Shown in pieces: positions 12,328 to 26,282 of a DNA stretch of 64,000 nucleotides. The notes under the pieces are model-generated. The model ran no database searches. It had not been told where the DNA came from and was given only the letters and a program-made list of their open reading frames with translations. The stretch is taken from contig NC_043005.1 of the NCBI RefSeq assembly GCF_006345805.1, positions 48,174,001-48,238,000 on the forward strand, written 5' to 3'. Position 1 is the first letter of the stretch. The number at the start of each line of letters is the position of its first letter. The stretch comes from Octopus sinensis. Taxonomy: Eukaryota. The translations under genes and the position numbers were made by a program.

Positions 12328-13089
12328 AATATTAAAATATTAAAACAGCAGTACATCATCAGAAAATATTTAGATAGTAATTTAGTTACGAAATGGATAA
12401 ACAGAAAGGCAAAAAGTAAAATTTGAAAGGTTTAATGGCAACTATGAAATTAATGCAGTTGAAGTGTCTCTGGAATGGGTCAACTCGAGGAATTCATTCT
12501 AGTTGTAGCATAACACCAGTTGGAACTAAATGGTAGCAGTGAGAGAAGTAGCATTAATTGAATTAAAATTACTTGAAGGTATCATTATCCAGTGTAGCAG
12601 TAGGAATAGTAAGATGCTGAGTTTAGCAATAGAAATAGTAGAATTGAAAAAGCAAAAACAATTTTGCACCATTAGTAGAGATAATTACTATAGTAGTATT
12701 AATAATGATGATGATGGTGGTGGTGGTGGTGGGGCAGTAGCAGTGGTGGTGGTGGTGGTGGTGGTGGTGGTCTGAGGCATAGCTGCAGAAACTGCAAGTT
12801 ATCTAGCAATTATTCAGTGAAATGAAATAATTTTAGATAACATCCCTTATGGAGAGCTCATTCTTCTTTGAATGATAAGAAAAGTGCATAATTATATTCT
12901 TCATATATTGAAGTTCGTACATTGTTATAAACGCATTTCACTAATATATGTATTTACATATTTTTGTATGTGTGTGTGTGTGGTGTGTGTGTGTGTGTGC
13001 ATATGTGTGCACACATGTGAGCACACACGTGTGTATGTTTGCACATGTATGTAGACACATATGCAAACATAAACAAGTGCTCACACACA

Positions 13090-13128
<39 letters not shown>

Positions 13129-13469
13129 ACACACACATACACACATATAAGTACATAACTATAGTTATTCTAGGAATCTCCAACATGGTCAGTCAACATG
13201 TTAGAAATAGCAACGAAATATCCCTGAAATCATATCCAAACATCTTACAAAAGAATGCTTTGCATAATATAGCAAAAAGTGCACAAAGCCTCAAAAACAT
13301 ATGGAATGGTCATAGCTGGAATCTTTTTCAATCACTGAATTAGTGCTGATCTATTTCTTTGCAATAACAGCAATAGAAAAATATACATATATACATGTTT
13401 AAAATATTCTAAATAGAGAGAAATATAATGCAACTGTGACCATGTGTGTAATGATGATAATTTTTTTCC

Positions 13470-13638
13470 TCTGTATTCCCTTCCTTGGATCTTTCCTTTT
13501 TCTATGTTTCTGACAAAGAGCTCCATTTGAAACATTAAATCCCCCTTCTTTCTTTCCTTTCCTGAGTGTCCAATAACACTATACTTGTTCCACATCCTCG
13601 CCTTGTTGTGTTTTCTCTTTGTGTTTTCATATTTGGAT

Positions 13639-13645
<7 letters not shown>
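13470..13645 (+). mobile_element. Decayed copy of the hammerhead element at 42877-43085
   Basis: gtttctgacaaagagctccatttgaaacattaa plus the shared downstream sequence up to (TA)n. Confidence 0.75.
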
Positions 13646-13686
<41 letters not shown>

Positions 13687-13899
13687 GCAAATGAAAGACA
13701 GAAGATGGAATATATAAGAATTTATTATTAATCCCAACAATTGTTTTGACACATCTAGCATCAATTGCTCTTGGATGGGACACTCAACAACTGGTTCAGG
13801 AGCATCCAGTGGTGCAGATGCATCTCGTCAGGTGATAAATAAATACAATTTATTAAAATGACTATTCTGCAATGTAACTTTCTGTCTTGTAGAGAGAAA

Positions 13900-13946
<47 letters not shown>

Positions 13947-15210
13947 CATCATTAACTGAAAAATATAAAAGACTCAATGCCAAAATGAGGTCTTGCTCTC
14001 TATTCAATGACAGAAGCCACTTTTTTTTATTCAAATAATTGAACTTTTCAAATTTAATATTAAGAAAATTTCAGGAATTAATATATGAAATATTGGTTTC
14101 TGATTTCGGTAGAAAGGCAGCAATATTGAAGTTTGGGATAAGTTGATTACACTGACCCCAGTACTCAACTGGTACTATTTTTTTGACATTGTACTCAATT
14201 GGTACTATTTTTTTGACACTGGAAGGATGAAAGGAAAAGTCAACCTTGGCAGGTTTGTACTCAGAATATAAAGACAAACAAAATACTGCTATGCACTTTG
14301 CCTGTCATGCTCACAATTTTGTCAACTTGCCACCTTAAGTTTAAGAAATACTAGAATATAGAAAATGCTAAGTTTAGTAACCCCTTTAACCCTTCTGATA
14401 ACAATGCACCCGAGACTGCCCCAGTCCTATGATACATAATTCTTCTTTTGACATGATCTTTAGATCATAATTTGATCATAATTTCATGTTTTTTTTGTCT
14501 TAATTTCATGTAATTTTGGTCTTAATTTCATGTTATTTTGGCAGAATCATTTGCATACTGGACCAAATGCTTAGCAATATTTCATCAGTCTTGTCATACA
14601 GAGTTCAAATTTCACCAAGGTTGATTTTGCCCCTCCTCCTTTTGGGCTATGTGAACTATTACCAATTCAGCACTAGGGTTTATGTAATCGACTAACCCAC
14701 ATTCCCCAAATTTCAGCTGTGCCGATTGTAGAAAGGATTTTAAGATCCAAATACCAGTTTTCTAATGGTTTTAAATTTTGACACAAGACCAGCAAGTTTT
14801 GGTGGCAGGGGGATAAGTTGATTATATCAAACCCCAGTGTACAACTGGTACTTATTTTATCAACCACTGAAAGGATGAAAGGAAAATTGGCCTCAGCAGA
14901 ATTTGAATTCAGAGACATAAAGTCAAATGAAATGTCACTAAGTATTTTGCCTGGTGTGCTAATGTTTCTGCTAGCTCTCTGTGCCTTATATCAGCTTAAT
15001 AATGACAGTTATTTTGCAAAAATTCTTCGTTATTTTCAAAATTAATTGAAACAAAAAGCATCAGTGCTGGTACCACATAAAAAGCACCCAATGCACTCTC
15101 TAAAATGGTTAGCATTGGGAAGGGCATCCGACCATAGCAACAATGCCAAAGCAGACAATGGAACCTGGTGCAGCTCTCTGGTTTGTCAGTACCTATAAGT
15201 CTATCTAACA

Positions 15211-15522
15211 GTGTGGTTCCCAAACTTTTTCAAGCTGCCACCCCCATGACACCCAAGCCACATACCTAGTGTCCCCACTCCAACTAAGCATTACAAACAT
15301 AGAACCCTTTCTGAAGCAAATTCAAAGCAAGTGTATTTCACAAATAAAACTTAACCTAATGAATCCATTATTTTGCTGTTTTTATATGAATCACTACTTC
15401 CATTATCACCCAACTTTTTACATGAATCGCTACCCCATTGTTGCTCCACTTTTTTTTCAATGCCCCCTTGGAACTTTCCACTATGTCCAGCGGGACAATA
15501 CCACCCACTTTTGGAACCACTG
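15211..15522. mobile_element. hAT-type MITE
   Basis: TIRs gtggttcccaaa / tttggaaccactg; 8-bp TSD atctaaca (15203-15210, 15523-15530); nested in an RTE-tail repeat. Confidence 0.8.
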
Positions 15523-15946
15523 ATCTAACATATGCCAGCATGGAAAACAAATGTTAAATGATGATAAAGAGGATGTGTTCCAACAGAAATGATCAGAGTG
15601 AAAGGGTTAGAGTGAAAAAAATGTTTTCAATGTACTTTGCATAACAATCTGATTTTCATATACCCTAAATGTAAATTCAAATAATGAATTATCATGTATG
15701 ACAAACAAATTGCTAGATTGTCTTCTAGGAGCTGTTTTCAGTTTCAATTGCTAACTGTTATCATGGTTATAATATTATTAATGTTCCAAAGAATTGGTAT
15801 ATAGTTATGAAATCAATAAAGATTAATACTAATATATTTATTTGGCAAATATATGAATATGGTAGTTTAAATGCATTAATCTCATTAGAGCAAATATTTT
15901 AACCTGTGCATATTTACTATTTGAGAGAGAGTTTCTAATAGATGTG

Positions 15947-15992
<46 letters not shown>

Positions 15993-16109
15993 CAATAACA
16001 ACTTATGGCTACAAGGAATGTTTCAGAGGAATGTTTTAGGAATTTAGGTAGCAAATTGTATGTATCTAATATCTTATGCTATCAGATGTAATATAGCCAG
16101 ATATATATG

Positions 16110-16515
16110 CAAGTGGCACGTAAGAAGCACTTTTCGAGTGTTGGGCCTTAGGGAGACAACGTGGCTGATGCTGGTGTTACGTAACTAGCACCCCTACAAG
16201 TGGCATCTTCCGAATGTTGTACCTCACAGAGGCAATGACTTACAATGTGCTTGAGAAGAAGACCCATCAAGTCAGGTGAAGTTACAGTTGTGGCAGATAT
16301 TGGTGTCATGGAAACTGACACCAATGCCGGCGGCACGTAAAAGCACTCATTACACTCTCAGAGTGGTTGGCATTAGAAAGGGCATCCAGCTGTAGAAACC
16401 ATACCAAATCAGACTAGAGTCTGGTACAGCCCCTCTGCTTACCAATCCTGATTAAAACGTTCAACCCATGCCAGCATGGAAAACAGACCTTAAATGATGA
16501 GGATTATGATTATGA
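16110..16515 (+). mobile_element. RTE-tail repeat
   Basis: ggttggcattagaaagggcatccagctgtagaaacc...ccatgccagcatggaaaacagaccttaaatgatga. Confidence 0.7.
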
Positions 16516-19500
16516 CATGCTGGCTTATTCGTTGTTCATCGATCTAATAGCTTTTCATCGTTTATGGTTACCTTGATGTCTATACATTCCAGTTATAGCT
16601 CCCTTGATGTCTAAACACTTCAGTTGTTAATGTGTAGTTTTGTCGCAGATGAGACATGTCTTTTCTTACTTTTACTAGTATTTCTGAGTTCATTTTTCTT
16701 TCAAATGTTCAAACTTCTCTCGACACTAAAATCACAGAAGTGAGCGGCGAGTTGCAAGGTCTTCTACTTTTGAAGGTTTGTTTGCAACTCTTCAAATTGA
16801 TCTTCAGCTCATCTTTGAACCATTTATTTGGTCCTCTACCCAGTTGTTGACTATGGTACAGATGGCATTAACAGATTCTACAGAAGAGAGACAAATCACG
16901 CATGCACACTATATACAAATCAGTTATTCACACTACATACTCTGAATATGTCAGTTGGTATACAGTTCTCATACACTGAGGATGTAAATAAAACTCTGCT
17001 GTCTTTCTTTTATTTCTCTCTCGTCATCTTCACCTTGAAAAAGGTCTATGTCCGAAACATTGGCTACTTTAGTCTTCACAATAGTCCTTACATTACTATT
17101 TCTGACACTTTTTTTGAATTAATACAACTCTGACTGACACAGACCGCCATCAATTTCCTTGGATTCTGTTGTTATGTGTGAAGCATCAATAATGTTTCAG
17201 TGCTGCTAGTGTTGATTCGCTGAAACATTACTATGTGCATAATCCTTTCTCTATCTGTCTACCAGTCTGTCTGACTCTGTATCTCTCTCTCTCTCTCCCT
17301 CTCTCTAGGTAATCAATATGATTTGTTGAAGAAAACTAAATATTAAAACTTTAAACTCAGGATGAAAAGTAAGGTCCATAGGTTTCAAAAGTAACTTTAA
17401 ATTGTATAATAAAAATTACAATTCTGGAAGCGTATCATGGAGTCAGTTTGTTGTTTATAGGGAAACGACATGTTGGTACATTGCTGATAAAATTGGTTGA
17501 AAGACTGATGAAGAGTAAAACCTTTTTATGGCACCAGAAGAAAATCTGACAATGTCATAATAGTATGGCTGTTAGACTGAGCCAGTGTATGTCAAGTGTC
17601 TCTGCCATGAATTCTGCAGTGCATCCAGAGAAGGATATGAAATGCTAACCTTCACTGTTATAGTTGGACCATCTATGCAACTTAATTTGCAATAATTCTT
17701 TACAGAATAAATTACTCAACAAAGAAGGGAAGTGTTTATAACTTTACAAGGCCTTTCGGTTTTCACTGTCAACATCTATAGACAGCTACTTGTAATAAAA
17801 ACAAGCTGGAAAGGCTTCAAGAACGATGTAGTTATAGATAGAAAAGTTTAAATAAATGTAAATTTGGGAATTAGAGCTGAGACAAATTAAAAAGGAAATG
17901 AGATGTATGTAGGTGGTAACATCAGATGAGCTTAAAGAGAGGGAGTATTTGTATTAGCCATTCTCAATGAAAAGCATATAGCTTTTGGTGGTCTTGATAC
18001 TATTGAAGGAATCCACAGATTAAAAACTGTAAAAAAGGATGGATGACTGATGCGTTTGTTGAGGGTACAGCCGAAAATTGCAAGAACAGGAAACCAGAGG
18101 ATTTTTGAATTCCTGAAAACCGAACCATTGAAATATTGAAGCAGTAATTTATGTTCAGATCATCATGAAGAAATAGTCAAAGGGCCAGAAAGCTGTTGTG
18201 ACTGTTGTAGGGTAATAGACATTGGCCCAGAATAGAACCTTAACATTAAGAAGCTTTTGCTGGTGACAAACAAACTTCTCTGTCTCTAAGTGCACAAGTA
18301 TTTATTTGGATATTGACAGACAGACAACATAAAGCTTAAAATATGAATTAAATGTTAATCAAGATGCCTCCATCAAAAAGGTACTTTGAGAACAAAGAAC
18401 AGTAAAAAAATAACTGAAGAAAATCATGAACAAGCGTACAAGGTATATTATTACACTGTAAGAAATTATCAGAGATATATTGGCCAACAATAGATCATAT
18501 GAATGGTGAGTGAGAAAGGTAGTTTCATTGACAACATCCATATGCTGAATTAATATTTCGGCAAGCCGTGACTCTTGATTATCCCTGTCCAATCTGGAAC
18601 CCAATATCCTGAAACTCATAGAAGAGTCTCAAGCTTAAGTATAGCATTAGGTTTTATAGATGCTAATTTCATGCATTCTTTTTTTTTTTTCCTTATATTC
18701 TAGCCAGTATGTTGAAATATTTATGTTTGCTTGGTTTTCAAGAATATGTGATTTCAGAACCCATGCTAGCATGGAAAACGGACGCTAAACGATGATGATG
18801 ATTGGAGGGATGAGTGGAACCTGAAAACTGAGGTAGCCATGTTAAAAAAACATGAATTTGGCATTTTTAGAGGATCTGAGAAGCAGTTACAGTAGCAGTA
18901 GAAGAGTCATAGAGTAGAAACATATAATATATAAGCTAGCAATTGTAGAGTATATAACTGGCAGTAACGACGGTCAACGAGAATTTAAAATGTGAGAATT
19001 TTTTGCAACATATTTGAATTGTTGAGAGTAAAAGTGGTGAATCGGTAGTAGGTAAAGATTTATAAGAAACTTTTGTTAATCATTGTGGATAGAATAATTC
19101 AAAAGACTGATTGTTTAAAATATGTATTTTAATATATTCTGTCATTTCAATATCTAAACAGAAATATTTGATTATATAAAGACTTTGCAATTTATTGGAG
19201 CATAATTTCTTTTATTCTTCTTTATTTCACTCTGTCCAGAAATGGAGTTTGGTTTTCAAGTTCGTAGAATTTCCTCTGTGTTAGTGTTGTGGCAAGAACT
19301 AGTTTAATTCTTTTAATGTAACCGCCAACAGTTTCGTGTTGAAGTGAAACGTTTTGAGTAGACAAGGCATTGGACAACCCGTACGTGTGTAGGGGTGAGG
19401 AGAGTACACTTAATTCCATGTATTCCATTCCTTCTAATTTTGGGAAATATGTACTAAGTCTTCTGGGAATATTGCCTAGAGTAAATAGAATGATGTTCTC

Positions 19501-21116
19501 TGACCTAGGAAACGGAGGAAATTTTTTTGTCTCTTCTACTTAATACTGCAAAGTGCAGCGCTAATTATAGGCTTGATGTGAATCTGTGTGCATTGTGAAG
19601 ACGCTCAACTCATCATTATATCAATTATTTCTGTAGGTGAAATATATGCTGTGAATATACGTGGAAGAAAATAAATCTAGTATGAGACAAAGACATAGTA
19701 GATACAATGGGAATGCTTTCATGGGGAAAGTTTGGACGCAAAGAATGGTTGGTGATAGGTGAAATGCTAAATATATGGTAAGAGGATTGGGATAGTGCCA
19801 GAAAACTCCAAAGAAAAAGAAGCCATGATAGTAAGAGTAGAAATTGCTATGGAATTAGACTAGGAATTTGCTCAGAGAGAAGATTTTACAGTGAAAAAGA
19901 TTTGCTTTTTGTTTGATTTTGAAGCAGTGCACTAAAGAATAGCCTGTGGTCTGAAAGATAGTAATCCTTAATTAAATGGATTTTAGGCTTTCTATAATAT
20001 TAGAAGGTATTCATTCACGGCTGAAGATAAAATAACAAATAGATTTTGGCTTGGAAAAAGTAGTTGTAGTCTTGCTTGAGACATTTTGACCAGTGTTAAA
20101 TATATGTGCTCTATAAAGTCGGTTGGTGCTAACATCTGAATAGTGTCTTACTTTATTCAGAATATTTGTTCATCATTGATGCAAACAAAATGAGTGTACG
20201 ACTCGTGTCTTAAAGATAAGCAATATCAGCAACGTATTAATAGTGTAGATATACTCATTTTCTTTTCCTTACTTCAAAATATTGCTTCTCTTCTTTTTCT
20301 GTTTATCCTTCCTTACATCTTCTATTCTTTTGTTTTTTTATTCATTCATTCCTTCTTTCTATCCGTCTGTCTGTTCACCTGTTCACTATTTTTAACATTA
20401 TTATTGACGAAGAAGTCTTAATGTGGCGGCAAGAAATAGCAGCCGGTTGTCTTCAAATAACCTTCTACTGTCTTAAAAAGGATATATACTAGATGGTCCT
20501 CGATACTCTATGTCTAAAAAAAAAAAAAAATGAAAAATAGAATGGTCATGATTGGAGTGTCTTTTGATTACATGTCTGCATAATCAGAGCTGAACTAGGG
20601 TTAAAAACAACTACAACTTTATAAGATAATATTGATTTCAAATTTTGGCACAAGGCCAACAATTTCTGGGGAATGGGTAAGTCGATTATGACTGGTACTT
20701 ATTTTATCAACCCTGAAAACGATGAAAGGCATCGTCACCTTGGTGAATTCTTAACTCAAAACATAAAGATGAACGAAATACCGCTAAGTATTTTGCCCAG
20801 CATGCTAAGGTATCTGCCAGCTCACAGCCTTAATTAGAATGATGATAATGATTTCAAATTTTGGTACAAAGCCTGTAATTTGAAGGAGTGGGATAGTTGA
20901 TGACTTATATTATCGACCCTGAAAAGATAAAAGGCAAAGTAGACCCCTGGAGCAATTTGAACTCAGAACATAAAAGATAGACGAAATGCCGCTAAACATT
21001 TTTGCCTGGCATGCTAACGATATGCCAGCTCACCAACTTAATTAATATGATAATGATAATAATGATATTGATCTCAAGCTTTTATATAAGGCCATGCATT
21101 TATAAACAGTGGATAT

Positions 21117-21480
21117 AGGTGCAGGAGAGAGTGTGTGGTAAGTAGCTTGCTTACCAACCAGATGGTTCCGGGTTTAGTCCCACGTCGTGGCACCTTGAGC
21201 AAGTGTCTTGTACTATAGCCTCAAGCTATAGTAGATGGAAGCTGAAAGAAGCCCATCACATATATATAAATATGTGTGTGTGTGTATGTGTGTGTCTGTG
21301 TTTGTCCCCCCAACATCGCTTGATAACGGATGCTGGTGTGTTTATGTTCCCATAACTTAGCAGTTCGGAAAAAAAGCCCTACCAATAGAATAAGTACTAG
21401 GCTTACAAAGAGTAAGTCTTAGGATCGATTTGTTCGACTAACATTGGTGCTCCAGCATGGCCACAGTCAAAAGAATAAAA
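21117..21480 (+). mobile_element. SINE family B
   Basis: Head, internal (TA)/(TG), tail; local hairpin tactatagc-ctcaa-gctatagta. Confidence 0.85.
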
Positions 21481-22036
21481 GTATAGAACATTGAATTCAC
21501 TTGGGTTTACTACTGGTACTGTATGGATAGTGAAAAAAAATGAAAAGTCAACTCCTAGCAGTTTCACTGCAGAACTTAATGAGACATATCTAGATCAGTA
21601 CAGGTAGGGGAGTGACACTTCATCTGGTACTTTATCCTCTTTCTAAGAATTCATTACCTGTAACATCTGCATTACCACTGCCACTTTGATCACCCATCAC
21701 TATTATCATTAACATTGTCCTCACCATGCAAATTGCCCTTTTTATCACCCCTCTATCCTACCCCTCATTATCACTCTCTTTATATATGTGTTTATGTGTG
21801 TATGCGTGTGTATGTGTGCGTGTGTTCACACATTTAATTACTTACTCACGTATACACACATACATATATACACATACGTTTATTTATGCCCATAATACAT
21901 TTACAAATACACAGATAAATTTCAGCTTTCATGCACCTATCTACAAGCACACGTAAATTTTAATGCATATAAACATACAAACATACGTAAGTACTCATAT
22001 GCATACACTTATATATAAGAAAATACATATATATAT

Positions 22037-22380
22037 AGGCGCAGGAGTGGCTGTAGGCCCAGAAGCCGCTGTGTGAGAAGTAGCTTGCTTACCAACCACA
22101 TGGTCCTAGGTTCAGTTCCACTGCGTAGCACCTTGGCCAAGTGTCTTCTGCTATAGCCTCGAGCCGACCAAAGCCTTGTGAGTGGATTTGGTAGATGGAA
22201 ACTGAAAGAAGCCTGTCATATATATATATATGTGTGTGTGTGCGTGTATGTGAGTGCATGTGTTTGTTCCCCATCATCGCTTGACAATCGATGTTGGTGT
22301 GTTCTGGGATCGATTTGTTCGACTAAAAGCAGTGCTCCAGCATGGCTGCAGTCAAAATGACTGAAACAAGTAAAAGAGTA
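22037..22380 (+). mobile_element. SINE family B
   Basis: Matches the family consensus with an internal deletion. Confidence 0.85.
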
Positions 22381-22848
22381 TAACCATATGGATAAGCTCA
22401 TACACACGTATACATGAAGGCAGTATTGTCTGAGGTACCCAGTAGGCATTCATGTAAACAATAATAAATAGAAAAAATACATATAAACACACCTACATAG
22501 TATATCACGTGATCGGGCAGACTATCAGATGGTGTTATACATCGCTGGTTACAATGCACTTTGCATCATTTTAGCTTTCAAATGATGCCCTTCGCTGGCT
22601 TGGCGGACAGGCCAACATTACCCCCGATCGGAAAGGTATTACGTCGCAGGGTTACCCTTTTATAGGTGAGTAAACTGGAGCAACATGAAATGAAATGTTT
22701 TGTTTAAAAACACAACACGTAGCTGTTCTGAGAATCGATACCCCGATATCCTAGCCGTGAATGCAACACACCTAGCCCCTAAGCCACGCGCTTGCACATA
22801 CATAATATATACAAAGGTAAAAATAATAGCACATATCTATTTACGTGC

Positions 22849-22899
<51 letters not shown>

Positions 22900-22900
<1 letters not shown>

Positions 22901-23205
22901 TAATAAATAAAATATATGCATACATACAAACATATATGTACGTACCGACATCTACATGTATATATACATGCATATATAGATATATATACATACAGGACAC
23001 CACAAGAAGACGTAAAAATCAACAGAAACGAAAACGGAAAAGCCATTTTGTTACAACAGCAGGACAGAGACGTGGAACAAGACGAAACGAAAACGGGAAA
23101 AACAATTATGTACAGCAGAAAAACGAAGTACAGGACATGCTGCACAAGGAAAAATCCCCTTCATCAGCTGTCGCTAGCAGACATAGCGTGTTTCGAAGGC
23201 AAGAC
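22900..23205 (-). mobile_element. (TA)n-embedded short element with hammerhead-like boxes
   Basis: Homolog of ~1925-2190 (+); ccttcGAAAC...GTC...CTGATGAagggg. Confidence 0.6.
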
Positions 23206-23256
<51 letters not shown>

Positions 23257-23259
<3 letters not shown>

Positions 23260-23360
23260 TAGGTGTGGCTGTGCGGTAAGGAGCTTGCTTCCCAACTACA
23301 TTGTTTCAGGTTCAGTCCCACTCTGTAGCACCTTGATTAAGTGCCTTACACTATAGCCTC

Positions 23361-23400
<40 letters not shown>

Positions 23401-23560
23401 GACGGGCTTCTTTAGTTTCCGTCTACCAAATCCACTCACAAGGCTTTGGTCCGTCCGAGGCTATAGTGGAAGACACTCAATCAAGGTGCTACAGAGTGGG
23501 ACTGAACCTGAAACAATGTAGTTGGGAAGCAAGCTCCTTAACGCACAGCCACACCTACGC
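23257..23560. repeat. Inverted duplication of a SINE B head (105-bp arms)
   Basis: 23257-23361 is the reverse complement of 23456-23560 and shares private variants (caactacattgtttcagg). Confidence 0.9.
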
Positions 23561-23572
23561 ATATATATATAT

Positions 23573-24727
23573 CGGGAAAATAGAAGTTGAAAACGCACTG
23601 AGAATAGATAAAATATTTTTATTATTATATTTAAAAATTTAACCGGTTTCACAATTTACACTGATCTTCAAAATGTTGAAATAGAAAGGCGTGGCTTATG
23701 TCGCAGCTGTCTTGCTCCTGACTAGTGTTTGAAACATGCCCTATTTTTATAGGGTGTTCATGGCTTAAATTAGTATATGCTTTGAATAAGATTTGATTAG
23801 TAGAGGGTAGTCACATGACAGTATATTTTGCGCCTAAAATGGAGGCCGACACGGTTGAGTGAACATGTTTTGTTTCAATCAAGATTACATAGGTCAAACA
23901 AAGTTTACTCTAAGAAATAGACTGACCATTCACCAACAATAAATACGAGATCCCAGTACTAGACAGATTCCACTGAGTGGACACATAGATATACGCGCAA
24001 AAAATAAGTTCCCTAAATTCCAAGTCTTCCCACTCTACCTATGTTCAGCGAATACTACAGACGAAGCACGGATAAACAAAGAAAATACTTTCATACAAAA
24101 GCACAAACTAAAACTTAACAAACTTTAACAGAATACATACACAAATAAGTATTCTTACACAAAGCTCATTCTGCCACTTAACATGATGAACCTACACAGC
24201 TAACAACATAAATCTAAGCCACTGGGCTACATACAAACGACTCCTTTTCGCTCTCCCATCAGGCATATTAAATTTGGAGTGCCTTGATTGCAACTAAACA
24301 CGTACACTCAACTGTGTGGGCCTTCATTTTGGGCGCAAAATATACTGTCACATGGCACTAACGCACGAAAATGTACAAAAGTTTCTAAACTTAACCACGT
24401 GTTCATTATCTTCAAACACTTGACAGTAAACATTCAGAGCATTGATAGTTTGGACATGTTCAATCAACCGTGTCAGCCTTAACTTTACGACACCAAGCAT
24501 TGTCACTTGATGCTAACATACTGACGTAGCGGCGAACCTACAAAAAAGTAAGACAGCTGCGACATAAGCTACGTCTTTCTACTTCAACTTTTTGAAAATC
24601 AGTGTAACCTGTGAAACCGGTTAAACCTTTAAACACAATAATAAAAAGTATTCTAACTATTCTTAGTGCATTTTCAACTTCTGTTTTTCCTATATTTCTA
24701 CCTGTGTGGAATAAAATAACTTCGTTA
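23573..24727 (+). mobile_element. 5'-truncated Penelope-like element with inverted pseudo-LTR
   Basis: 23574-23716 inverts 24550-24690, and 23812-23860 inverts 24305-24353; GIY-YIG remnant inside; (TA)n flanks. Confidence 0.85.
23880..24128 (+). pseudogene. GIY-YIG endonuclease C-terminal remnant (Penelope-like)
   Basis: QDYIGQTKFTLRNRLTIHQQ*IRDPSTRQIPLSGHID...RINKENTFIQKHKLKLNKL*: YIG motif, catalytic R, conserved H, E and terminal LN; one in-frame stop. Confidence 0.85.
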
Positions 24728-24866
24728 TATATATATATGAGAGGTATTGGTATTTAGAAAACCCTAAAAGTGGCAGGTGACGCTAATAAGTGCTATGGAC
24801 AGACCGTAGTTAAACTCTTGGTTCGATAGTGATACGAGTGAGGAATCTAATGTGGGTCTTGTATTA

Positions 24867-24922
<56 letters not shown>

Positions 24923-26282
24923 GCATTTATATGTAATATGTGTCTGTTGGCTAAAACAGTTCGCAAACTGAGTGATCAAAATGGACAAGTTAGCCGAGAA
25001 TAATATCAACCAACTTAAGCTTCTAGTAATGAGCTGGCTTCTCTATGCTTGTAAAAATTTATTTAGGTCTAATGTCGGTTAGACTGACTACTCCTTTCCT
25101 TGTTATATGAAATTTTGCTTGATCGCTGTAAACACACACACACACACAAATATATAAAACTAGATTTACTTTTACAAGCTTTTCTTCTCATAAGCTTGGT
25201 CCAAGGTTCTGGAAAGTTCTTTGTGATAATGAATCATTCAGATAATTGCACAAAAGAAACGACAAAAGTCATCTGTTATCTAAGCCCAATCAGTGTAGTC
25301 AACTGAACTCAATTAGAGCAGTTGTTTTGAAAACCAAACCAATAAACCTGGAATTTTCTTATGAAAAGAAGAGCCATCAACAACACATGCTTGTTTTCTT
25401 TATTATTAAAAGTAATGAGCCTTTTTAATAATCCTTGATGCTTACAATGCCTGATGCTAACGAAGCAAAACCATTGCTATAGGATTAAAAGGGATTAATA
25501 TACCACAGAAACAATGATGGATCACGTTGAATTATGTATCTTATTTATTATTTATTTATTCTTTATTTATTCTTGTTTTTGCTCTTCTTTTCGGTTTATA
25601 TAATTTACCGCTGATATGCTAGGGACGTGATAATCTTTTTATTCACAAACAGATATCAGTAGAATATTGGAGAATATAAATGGAGGATTTATTCTATCAG
25701 TTACGTTAAACTATGTTATTTGTTCGTATATATATCTTAGAAACATAAATGACCAATACCTTTTTTGAAAATAGAGGTATTATATGAATTAAATATAAAA
25801 ATATACAGGCAAATAAGATATAAAAATTAAAATACAAATAAATTGTGCTATCAAAATACAGTTAAATAAACAATGCAAAAATGTCATTAAAAATAAATAA
25901 AAAAATTAAAATGCAATTATGATACTATTATTAATAGATAATTAATATACAATAATTAATCTTTTGAACTCTGAAAGTGAATATATCCATCTTAAATTTT
26001 ATTACAATTAACTGCAGAAAGTGGATTTTATCCAACGGATTTGGTGGAGAATACCTCTTATTATGCTGCGAGAAGCGAAGAATACTCAGTGACACTTTTA
26101 ACAAAAGACAATTTTCTGATTTTGTCAATATTTTTTTTTTTCAGATATTTCATCCAATATATTTCCAGAGCAAGAATCAAATACTTTTAGAGATGGGTAG
26201 GTACGATTTTCATATGAAACAGAAAATACCAATACTAATTTTTTGGTGAAACTTAATTAGGCAGTCAAGGGTTTAATAAGTA

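Noticed and set aside
13735-17065. Degenerate hammerhead-like strings near 13745 and 17035
   Set aside because: Core nucleotides are mutated and there is no second copy in the window to reconstruct them.
17400-20150. Possible highly decayed LINE/transposase remnants (also 62250-63260)
   Set aside because: Only vague motif hints, too degraded to classify by eye.
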